Below, piece after piece: positions 29,919-37,906 of a DNA stretch of 64,000 nt. The notes beneath the pieces were generated by a model. The model saw only the letters and a list, made by a program, of their open reading frames with translations, was not told the DNA's origin and searched no databases. The stretch's first letter is position 1; each line of letters starts with the position of its first letter. Source of the stretch: an uncultured Bacteroides sp. (lineage in GTDB: Bacteria > Bacteroidota > Bacteroidia > Bacteroidales > Bacteroidaceae); contig CAZGUI010000004.1 of NCBI GenBank assembly GCA_964528875.1, forward strand, positions 3,627-67,626, read 5' to 3'. The position numbers and the translations under genes are program-made.

Positions 29919-30153
29919 AATTTCTTGCATTGAATGTATTTCTTGCAAACAAATGTAGTCAAAAATATTAAACTTAAATACTTCAAATAGCTCAAAAAGG
30001 GTAACGAATCAGTCAGATTACATTTTAGAGAAAGTAAAGAGACTAACTTCAATATGAAATTAGCCTCTTTCTGCAAAACAACCTGATTTTTTGAACACAA
30101 ATAATAATAGTAAGTTGAGATTTTTTTTAGAAAAGATATCAGACCCTTTGATC

Positions 30154-30230
30154 GGTCCTAGACCGAAGGCCTGTCGGTCTAGGACTGAAGGGTGCTCGGT
30201 CTAGGACCGAGCAACGTAGGGTCTAAGACC
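30154..30230 (+). repeat. GC-rich phased-palindrome element, copy 2
   Basis: Motifs at 30154, 30176, 30198 and 30220 (GGTCCTAGACC, GGTCTAGGACT, GGTCTAGGACC, GGTCTAAGACC). The core is identical to copy 1. Confidence 0.95.
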
Positions 30231-30313
30231 TAAACTGTGTAATTGATAAATGTATAAGAATCAGGCTCTTGTCATTCTTCTGTTTTTCCTGTGGTTTTTA
30301 CTTTATAGAACCT

Positions 30314-31399
30314 CTAATTTTCATTTTCAACCTTTGAAAATTCCGAGAATTCACAGCCGAACTTATCTACCATGTAATTATCTAATTCATCGGCTTTTTC
30401 TGACAATTTAATGATGTGTTGCTGAATCTCTTCACCTAAGTCGTTTGTAATGTCTGCTAAATGAATGCGATAGGCAATATAAACCTCTCTACCATCTACC
30501 CCAAGCTTATAAGGAGAGAACTCGTTGCTAAGTACAAAACGTAATACGGCTTCAATGTTTTTCTTAGGTAAAAGTACTATGGGAGAAACAGCAAATAAAT
30601 AATCATGCTGATAAACAAAAAGACGTATCTCTGAACTACCTTTATGAAAACGCCAAACCTCGTTACCGGCTCGTGCTGAAATGGGATTAATACCCATTTT
30701 CTCCAATGCTTCTTCACAAAAATATGAGATAGGAGAAATTTCTCGTTCTTCAAATATTTCCTCAATTAGTTTTTCTCCACATGAAGGACAATATTCAGTT
30801 GGCTCACTTATAAATTCTTCACAGCTACCACATTGAACATTATACGCTGCACGATCAATATCAGCAATATTTTCCAATAATTGTTTTAAGGTATCTACTT
30901 GAATACCAAACCCCATATTGTCAGCATCAGTAAATTTACTCACTGTAATAGCAATTAATTCCCCTGCTTTATTAAAAATAGGACCTCCTGAATTACCGGG
31001 ATTAACCGCAGCATCAGTTTGTACATAAAAACGACCATCAATCAGTTGTTTAGGAGCTGAAACAGATCCTTCGGTCATTGTAAAAGGCATACCAAAAGGA
31101 TATCCTGCTACATACACCTTATGGCCAATATTTAAGTTTGCACTATCTGATAAAAAAAGAGAAGGTAAATGAGAAAAATCACCGTCAGCCACAATCAAAG
31201 CCAAATCGGTTTCAGGATTAACCAATATTACTTTACCTAAATAAACATTGCGATCCTTATCGTGAATAGCTACATTGTGAAACCCTTCAACTACATGATA
31301 GTTTGTAACAAACAAATCATAATCTTTCAAATAAAAGCAAGTACCAGAACCTGCTGCATGGGTAACTTTGTATACTAAAGAATATATAGATTCATTCAT
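30314..31399 (-). CDS. Trypsin-like (S1) serine protease fused to a zinc ribbon and a YbjN-like C-terminal module
   Basis: Catalytic triad contexts TNYHVVEG (His), ETDLALIV (Asp) and GNSGGPIF (Ser). CGSCEEF...CPSCGEKL zinc ribbon. The C-terminal region VWRFHKGSSEIRLFV...LLPKKNIEAVLRFVL...YRIHLADI resembles YbjN/T3SS-chaperone-like domains. Confidence 0.8.
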   Translation of the reverse strand: MNESIYSLVYKVTHAAGSGTCFYLKDYDLFVTNYHVVEGFHNVAIHDKDRNVYLGKVILVNPETDLALIVADGDFSHLPSLFLSDSANLNIGHKVYVAGYPFGMPFTMTEGSVSAPKQLIDGRFYVQTDAAVNPGNSGGPIFNKAGELIAITVSKFTDADNMGFGIQVDTLKQLLENIADIDRAAYNVQCGSCEEFISEPTEYCPSCGEKLIEEIFEEREISPISYFCEEALEKMGINPISARAGNEVWRFHKGSSEIRLFVYQHDYLFAVSPIVLLPKKNIEAVLRFVLSNEFSPYKLGVDGREVYIAYRIHLADITNDLGEEIQQHIIKLSEKADELDNYMVDKFGCEFSEFSKVENEN

Positions 31400-31432
31400 A
31401 GTTCTATGTTTTTAATTATTGAATAATAGATT

Positions 31433-32737
31433 TTAAAATCCCTGTTGCATTTGTGCTACCAGGCGCATATATTCTTCCATATCTCCTTTAGCTAATGCTT
31501 CCATCATTTGCTTTTGCAACGCCTCTATTTCTGCCTGTATTTCTCCTGTTCCTTCTTGGACTGCAGTCATTGCTTCTTCTACAGCTTGGGTGTAATCATC
31601 CAAAAAACCAAAGTCATCAGAGTCTTCATCCAGGTTGTCATCCATAATCCGATTCATCATTTTATATAATATCTCGGCAGCTTCATCCCACGTTTTTCCT
31701 GATGCTTCTTTCAATGTGGCAGATACAAATTGGTTAATTGTTTCCATTACATCTGTATAGTAATACATTTCATAAAACTTATACAGAATTCTTAAGGCAG
31801 CTCCTTCTGTATTTCCCGATTGTATGGCTTGAGTTACATTTTCATAGGTATCTTCAAAGTTCGACTGAATATTACCCAATGATGAAGACATTTTTGTGGA
31901 AATTAGAGTATCTACAAAATATAAATCTTTGGCTAACTCTTCTTTAGGCATTGCAGCTAATTGTTCCAACACCTTAGCTCCTTTAGATACCACTTCCTGA
32001 GTAGTTAAATCTCTATTCATATCCGAAATAGCTTTATCTATCTCATTCAAAAGAGCTCCCTGAGGTGAAGCAAAGTACATTATTTGATAAAAAGCTACAT
32101 CCAGAATGTTCCAAGAATAGCCATAAGCTCTCTCTTGATTATATTCAGCAATGGCTTCGATTGTATACTTGCATATTTCTTGAATAGAGTTATATACATT
32201 ATCAATTACTTCTTGCGAATAGGGTTTAATGATAGGTTGATAGATACGCTGTGCATTAAATTCTGATTCAAACTCATCATCGTACTTATCACCTATTTCG
32301 CAAAATTCTCTCAATACATCATAAAGCTTATGAGGGTGTGTTTGTGAAATATGACAGTCGTATTTCATTCTCAAAATGTCATCATTGAGCTGAAAATTCA
32401 CTAATGTAGTTTCGTTTATATTTAAACCGGCCACCTGTCTTAACATAGGAAGACCACCCTTTTCCGGTAGTTTCATAAAGTCGGCATTCATTATTAATCG
32501 ATTGTCTTTTAATAGTAAATCGATTATAATTGAACCGTGAGGAATATGAAACTCTGTTCCCTCTTCATTACCATATTCTTTTCTGGCATTTGGGTTTAAG
32601 CTATCCAAGAAAGTATGAAAAGCATTCAAATACTGCTCTTCCTGATACAAATCGATGGCCGATTTGAAGATCTCAAAATTAAATAAGCTCTCGGTTGTTC
32701 CTAAAACCGGCTCATAATAATTAATTGCATTTTTCAT
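31433..32737 (-). CDS. Hypothetical soluble protein with an N-terminal YbjN-like module and an acidic coiled-coil tail
   Basis: TEFHIPHGSIIIDLLL...MKLPEKGGLPMLRQVAGLN...MKYDCHISQTHPHKLYDVLREFCEIGDKYDDEF aligns by eye with the C-terminal module of the adjacent protease. The tail is EIQAEIEALQKQMMEALAKGDMEEYMRLVAQMQQGF. Confidence 0.7.
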   Translation of the reverse strand: MKNAINYYEPVLGTTESLFNFEIFKSAIDLYQEEQYLNAFHTFLDSLNPNARKEYGNEEGTEFHIPHGSIIIDLLLKDNRLIMNADFMKLPEKGGLPMLRQVAGLNINETTLVNFQLNDDILRMKYDCHISQTHPHKLYDVLREFCEIGDKYDDEFESEFNAQRIYQPIIKPYSQEVIDNVYNSIQEICKYTIEAIAEYNQERAYGYSWNILDVAFYQIMYFASPQGALLNEIDKAISDMNRDLTTQEVVSKGAKVLEQLAAMPKEELAKDLYFVDTLISTKMSSSLGNIQSNFEDTYENVTQAIQSGNTEGAALRILYKFYEMYYYTDVMETINQFVSATLKEASGKTWDEAAEILYKMMNRIMDDNLDEDSDDFGFLDDYTQAVEEAMTAVQEGTGEIQAEIEALQKQMMEALAKGDMEEYMRLVAQMQQGF

Positions 32738-32824
32738 TTACTATTCGTTTATAAGATTATACATATTGTAATTTTCTAATGAGATAATAGGTAGTAAGAA
32801 GTATTTATTCTTTTGCTCAAGAGA

Positions 32825-33379
32825 TTAAATACTTTTTATGATTTTATAAAACTCTGTATATTCCGGATCAGTAACTACTTTGATCACACTCGCTCCCCTA
32901 AAATCGGATGAAGAATAATATTGCATCAATTGTAAATAGAAAGTCTTGCCAACTTCATCTTCATGAATATAAAGTTGTAATGGACGGTTATCAGCAGAAG
33001 CTTCATAAGATAACCCCTCCCAGTCTTTTTTATCAAACAACTCTTTAACTCTTCTGGCATCTTCTCCATTAAGATCACCTCCTTGTTCAGGATAGGCAAA
33101 CTTTTTAACGGGTAATTGTTTTATTTCTCCGTTGCTTTTTTTATTATACCAACTACTACCTTCGGTATAAAATGAAAAGCCACAATATAAAAGTCCAATT
33201 ATGGCTATCATTCGAATTAATAAATTACCAATGGGAATGAGTGAGGGATAGATAATGAGTAGCACACAAAGAGCTATCAATATCATATACATAATCCTTT
33301 TGGATTGATTTTTTCTTTTCTCAAAGTCTGAATTATTTTCGTAAAATTCATACAAATTATTGGGGTACTGTGAATTCAT
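32825..33379 (-). CDS. Hypothetical membrane protein (two TM helices plus a soluble C-terminal domain)
   Basis: TM segments IMYMILIALCVLLIIYPSLIPIG and LLIRMIAIIGLLYCGFSFY. No known motif. Confidence 0.65.
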   Translation of the reverse strand: MNSQYPNNLYEFYENNSDFEKRKNQSKRIMYMILIALCVLLIIYPSLIPIGNLLIRMIAIIGLLYCGFSFYTEGSSWYNKKSNGEIKQLPVKKFAYPEQGGDLNGEDARRVKELFDKKDWEGLSYEASADNRPLQLYIHEDEVGKTFYLQLMQYYSSSDFRGASVIKVVTDPEYTEFYKIIKSI

Positions 33380-33421
33380 GTTATGTTCAAATTTATTATA
33401 ACTACTATTTTATGATATATA

Positions 33422-34261
33422 CTACCAACTTAGTTTAACCCAAGGACTGTTCGGATTATTAAGCAAGTTGTGAGCAATTGAAGCAATCTCTTCCACTCCA
33501 CTCCAAGCAGCTCTACCAATGACATAACTTTTCGCAAAATCATTCCATGAAGTAAAGTGTTTTTGAGCTTTATCATATGCTTCATTAATAAACTCCCAGG
33601 CCTCTTCTTCTGTGAGATATTTGGCATCGTAACAAATGCGAGCCAGATAGCTTAATCGACCATAATCCCATCCCAAGACACCATAGAACTGAATATCTTC
33701 TTTAGAGCTTATAACATCCTCATTGATTAACTCTTCATAAGAATTTTGTAAGTTACTAACTTGAGCTAGAGCTTTCTCTATATCTTCTTTATAAGTTTCT
33801 TTTTCTTTCTCTGTAAGATTCCCATGAGGGTTTAATCCCGATAAAATAATTTTCTTTTGTTCATTTATACTAGCGTGTGAAAAAGCTTTATATACAGAAG
33901 GAAAATAATAATTGAACCCTTTATCTTTCAAATAGTTCAAAGTATCTAGAGCAGTCTCTTTATTATAAATGTTCCACCAGTCTTGGGCAGTCATACGAAT
34001 TATTTCATCATCCAAACCTGTGGTTAAGGAGTTTATATAAGCTTCTTGCATTTCACTGTAAATGGCACCTATAGATATTTTCTTATACTCTTCACTGCTT
34101 AGTGTAGAAGAGGGATTGAATGTAAGTGGTACAAAGTCATCATCTACATCCTTTGGATTATTTTGATTCTTTATAAAAGGAATCAGCTTAAAAAAGATGA
34201 AATAAACAGCAAGGACTGAGAGTAATAATAGTAAAAAAGAGTTTTCTGATATAAATTCCAT
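33422..34261 (-). CDS. DUF1266-like protein with an N-terminal TM anchor
   Basis: The track start (34270) is a TTG; the first ATG is at 34261 (MEFISENSFLLLLLSVLAVYFIFF). YGVLGWDYGRLSYLARICYDAKYLTEEEAWEFINEAY resembles the conserved DUF1266 core. Assignment from memory. Confidence 0.6.
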   Translation of the reverse strand: MEFISENSFLLLLLSVLAVYFIFFKLIPFIKNQNNPKDVDDDFVPLTFNPSSTLSSEEYKKISIGAIYSEMQEAYINSLTTGLDDEIIRMTAQDWWNIYNKETALDTLNYLKDKGFNYYFPSVYKAFSHASINEQKKIILSGLNPHGNLTEKEKETYKEDIEKALAQVSNLQNSYEELINEDVISSKEDIQFYGVLGWDYGRLSYLARICYDAKYLTEEEAWEFINEAYDKAQKHFTSWNDFAKSYVIGRAAWSGVEEIASIAHNLLNNPNSPWVKLSW

Positions 34262-34294
34262 AAGTTTCAATGTATTAGAACTATTAGTTTTTAT

Positions 34295-35359
34295 TTATAA
34301 ATTCAAATCGTTGAGTGTTTCTCTAACTGTTGTAAAATTATCGTACAGATCAGTTAACACCTCATTGCTTGAGGAGGATACCTTTCCTAAGGTCAAAAAA
34401 CCTTCGGGCATTGAAACAGCAAAATAGAACTGATTGCCGTTAAATGAGAGCATTATATCTCTGTTGTATTTCTTTTTTAACTCTGTTATTCTACTCATCA
34501 TTGCTGGAGTTAGAACATAACGTGCAGTAATTTCATCACTGGCATATACTGCGAAATAACGTTCGAACTCTATATCTTCTAACTGAACCAACTTATTGTT
34601 ATTTACATTCTTAAGAGATTGAATGTTTTTTGCTAAATAATCAAGATGTTTTTCTAAGTGGTCCGGTAAAATAACTACCGAACCTTTTATTTCCTTTTCT
34701 AATTTAGCCGAAGCAAACATTCCTCTAAAACTGCCGGTAATATTTTCTATTCGTGATGAAAATACGCCTTTGAATGTGGTCTTAAAAATTAGAAAAACAC
34801 TACCTAAAGTAGTGTTCGATAACCAATGTTCACTTTTTGATCCACTAATAAGTACATCTTGAAACATTATGTTGCGCTTTCCACTATCAAAAATAATTTT
34901 CCCAAACGACTGACCACAAGTATAATCCCGATGTGCACCACCGAAAAAATGACTTTTCATTATCTCCGACACTGAAAGGATTGAAGGGGTCAAACTCAAT
35001 CGTGCATCGGGAAATAGTTGATGAATAATTTTTTGGATAGCACTCTGTTCTGCTGCTGAAAATTTCTGCTGAAAGTAACTTAAACCATAACCTCCAAGAG
35101 TTATTAATACAAACAAAGGGAGCAGAACAAGTATGGTTTTATATCTTTCCCAAAAAGATGGATTCGGGTCTAATGTATGTAAGAAAGAGGTATCACCACC
35201 GGAAAATATAAATGCCTGCATTCCAATAAAGACAATAAAATAAAGCATTGCTCCACCATAACATAAAAAACGAGATATCTGAATTATTTCTCTATGTCTC
35301 TCAGCCTTTTTTAATACTTGAGATAACTCTTTCTGTAACTGCCCTATCTTTACATTCAT
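34295..35359 (-). CDS. Hypothetical membrane protein, tentatively DUF3137-like (a frequent LemA neighbour)
   Basis: Two TM regions (FLCYGGAMLYFIVFIGMQAFIF and ILVLLPLFVLITLGGYGLSYF) followed by a roughly 240-aa soluble domain. Sits directly downstream of lemA. Confidence 0.55.
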   Translation of the reverse strand: MNVKIGQLQKELSQVLKKAERHREIIQISRFLCYGGAMLYFIVFIGMQAFIFSGGDTSFLHTLDPNPSFWERYKTILVLLPLFVLITLGGYGLSYFQQKFSAAEQSAIQKIIHQLFPDARLSLTPSILSVSEIMKSHFFGGAHRDYTCGQSFGKIIFDSGKRNIMFQDVLISGSKSEHWLSNTTLGSVFLIFKTTFKGVFSSRIENITGSFRGMFASAKLEKEIKGSVVILPDHLEKHLDYLAKNIQSLKNVNNNKLVQLEDIEFERYFAVYASDEITARYVLTPAMMSRITELKKKYNRDIMLSFNGNQFYFAVSMPEGFLTLGKVSSSSNEVLTDLYDNFTTVRETLNDLNL

Positions 35360-35371
35360 AAGTATCTTTTA

Positions 35372-35932
35372 TTATTCAAATAAGGCTTTAACATCAACAT
35401 TAGCTTTCTCAACTTCAGGAATCGTTATTAAGTCATACAGCTGATAGCTCTTTAATGAAGCCACTAAAGAAGAAGGAAACATCTGAACATAATTATTAAA
35501 GTCCACCGCTGCAGCATTAAATGTGCGTCGAGCAGCTTGTAGTTGATATTCCATCTCTTCAATACTTTTTTCAAGATGAATAAACTGTTTATCAGCCTTT
35601 AGTTCAGGATAGTTTTCTACTGCTACTTTGATATCAGCAAGCTTACCGGAAAGTTCTGTTCCTATTTTTATTTGCTCTTGTTCATCTTTTGATTCCTGTA
35701 TTAATGCTCGTAACTCAGTAATTCTAGTTAACGTAGTATTTTCATATCCCATATAATTTTGCACTGCAGCAACTAAATTGGGTATCATATCATTCCGTTG
35801 TTTAAGCATTACAGAGATACTACTTTCTGTTTGTTTTACTTTATTGTTCTTAGCTATAAACTTATTGTAAGTAACTACAAACCAGAGTATCAAAATGATC
35901 AATAAAAGCAAAAAGGTTAAAGGATAAAACAT
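35372..35932 (-). CDS. lemA: LemA family protein
   Basis: N-terminal TM helix, then YNKFIAKNNKVKQTESSISVMLKQRNDMIPNLV, YPELKADKQF and RRTFNAAAVDFNNYVQMFPSSLVA, the canonical LemA signature. Confidence 0.9.
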   Translation of the reverse strand: MFYPLTFLLLLIILILWFVVTYNKFIAKNNKVKQTESSISVMLKQRNDMIPNLVAAVQNYMGYENTTLTRITELRALIQESKDEQEQIKIGTELSGKLADIKVAVENYPELKADKQFIHLEKSIEEMEYQLQAARRTFNAAAVDFNNYVQMFPSSLVASLKSYQLYDLITIPEVEKANVDVKALFE

Positions 35933-35966
35933 ATTCTTATTGTTAGCATATTCTATATATTCTTAG

Positions 35967-36611
35967 TTACTGAGGATCTAAATTGCCATCCAAATCTGCT
36001 TTGAATGTATACTCATCATAATAGTTATGACTGCTGTCCGATCCGGTATGTCTTTCTATTGTAAAGCGATGTTCTATTTTCTCCGGATTATTATGAAAGA
36101 TGATACTATATGTTCCTATGCCATCAGCAGATAAACTATCGGCAGCTAACATAGCAATTGCAGAATTTACGTTAGCTGCAATTTTCTCACAACCTAATTT
36201 CGTTACATTTTTTATCCCCTTATAAGGTCTATGATTCACTGAGGTATAGTAAAAAGCTGTTGTATCCTCAAAAGCTTTATTCTCCTTTAAGTCTATAGTA
36301 ATCAGACTTCTTTTTTTAGTGTTTTCAGAGTTAACAAAGAGAATCTCAGCCAAGCCTCTAGAGAATGAATAGGTAGAAACATCGCTATCAGCTTTTCTGA
36401 AAAATATTTCAAGAATTTCCATTTCAGGAGTAACATTTTTCTTGATAAGTTCTTCCAAATCCTGAATATCTTTTTCTTTTGTGAAATTTCGTCCATCATT
36501 AAACACACTAACAATGTCTTTACATCCTATTTGAACAAGAATTAAACCCAATAAAAGGATACCAGTCTTTAACCTGGAGTTTCTTTTTAGTATATTTTCT
36601 TTTATATTCAT
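35967..36611 (-). CDS. Hypothetical lipoprotein
   Basis: Signal peptide plus lipobox LILVQIGCKD. 214-aa ORF. Confidence 0.65.
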   Translation of the reverse strand: MNIKENILKRNSRLKTGILLLGLILVQIGCKDIVSVFNDGRNFTKEKDIQDLEELIKKNVTPEMEILEIFFRKADSDVSTYSFSRGLAEILFVNSENTKKRSLITIDLKENKAFEDTTAFYYTSVNHRPYKGIKNVTKLGCEKIAANVNSAIAMLAADSLSADGIGTYSIIFHNNPEKIEHRFTIERHTGSDSSHNYYDEYTFKADLDGNLDPQ

Positions 36612-36617
36612 TTCAAT

Positions 36618-37091
36618 TTATTTAGCGAATTTATCCATGAAAAAATCATAAAATGGTTGAAACTCTTGAGACTGTGAAACTCCTATAGTATAACCTCCAT
36701 TAGTTGAACCTGTTGGATCAATAAAAAACTCTAAGGGTTGTTCACCAAAAGCAGGGTGATCGATAGTGAATCTTTTACTTTTATCACTCAAAAATGCAGA
36801 GTTACATTCACTCCTCTTACAAATAATAGGAGGCTCAAACGATGAAAGAGTATTGTCTGTTGAAATAATTACAATTTCCGGATCATCACCATCTTTATAG
36901 CCCAAAATATAGTTGTAGTAAGTGGTTACATCTTTAAATAGTTTCTTCTCATAAACAATATTTATCACTGATAATGTTACATAACTTTCTCCATTCTCTA
37001 AAAGAGAATTAAATTTGTTGCGAATCTCTTGTTTTTTACTTTCTGATTTCGCTCCTCCCTCTAACCCTAATAATCGACTTAAAAATCCCAT
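36618..37091 (-). CDS. Hypothetical soluble protein with an amphipathic N-terminus
   Basis: 157-aa ORF starting MGFLSRLLGLEGG. Beta-rich, no TM helix. Only a 6-nt gap to the next gene. Confidence 0.6.
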   Translation of the reverse strand: MGFLSRLLGLEGGAKSESKKQEIRNKFNSLLENGESYVTLSVINIVYEKKLFKDVTTYYNYILGYKDGDDPEIVIISTDNTLSSFEPPIICKRSECNSAFLSDKSKRFTIDHPAFGEQPLEFFIDPTGSTNGGYTIGVSQSQEFQPFYDFFMDKFAK

Positions 37092-37142
37092 AATACGTTG
37101 TTTTATTTATTAAATAATTAATATCTGACACGTAAAAATGAA

Positions 37143-37328
37143 TCACATAAAATAAAAAATGACGCTACAAATCACGAAGAGAATGCCAGCTAATAAAATG
37201 GCTATATTGCGTGCTTTCGAATTATTTTCAGAATAAATCCATTTCCATTTTAAGAAAAACCCTAAAATAATAACTACGCCAACAAGCATTAGTACTGCGC
37301 ATCTCTCAAGTGTTCCTAAGTTTTCCAT
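37143..37328 (-). CDS. Small two-TM membrane protein, first ORF of the cluster
   Basis: 61 aa with an ATG start. TM helices CAVLMLVGVVIILGFFL and IAILLAGILFVICSVIFYF. Confidence 0.5.
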   Translation of the reverse strand: MENLGTLERCAVLMLVGVVIILGFFLKWKWIYSENNSKARNIAILLAGILFVICSVIFYFM

Positions 37329-37371
37329 AGTGTATTTATTGTTTACTTGCCTGAATTTTCATGCAAATTAC

Positions 37372-37406
37372 TTGATTGTCAAATCAAAAGTCTTGATGTA
37401 AATCAA
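37372..37406. promoter_or_regulatory. FNR/CRP-family operator: perfect TTGAT-N4-ATCAA plus an adjacent TTGAT-N6-ATCAA
   Basis: TTGATGTAAATCAA at 37393-37406 is an exact FNR-type consensus. TTGATTGTCAAATCAA lies at 37372-37387. The site centre is about 71 nt upstream of the ATG at 37328. A near -7 box TAATTTG (minus strand) lies at 37364-37370. Confidence 0.6.
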
Positions 37407-37906
37407 GAAATCATTTAATTCTATATAAATCACTAATTATCTAGTACAAAAGAGAGCTTCAGAAAGGAAATGGGGCTAATATGTTTACAGAATATTGTCT
37501 GATTGTTCTATTATAACTTGAAGGGTGATGTTTACAAGCTCCCTTCTCTGTCTTTTTTAATGCTTGATTCAGATCTTCTATTCTCTAATCTGGATCAAGA
37601 GATTCGGACACGTCTATGCTTTTTTCTAATTTTCGGAGAAACATTAAATGTGGAATTTTCCATTATGGATTCAAACCTTTGCTTGGGATAATACAAAGCA
37701 GAATCCATCTGATTTAATGGATAGTAATTACTGACAATATCATTCAGTGCATCAATCGCAATTATAGTGTCGGTAACATAAGTCAAAGATTGAAGAGCCC
37801 CCTCTAATATTTTATTATTCTCATTGTTTGCAGAATAAATCAGAAGCTAATTGGAGTTAAAGTTCAAAGTCTAATAAAACCTTTTATAGATGAGATTTCT
37901 TAATCT

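Noticed and set aside
37503-37786. Two overlapping small ORFs between the Crp/Fnr gene and the operator.
   Set aside because: They lie on opposite strands and overlap. The minus one starts at a TTG and has no motifs. I kept the region only as an unexplained spacer in the findings.
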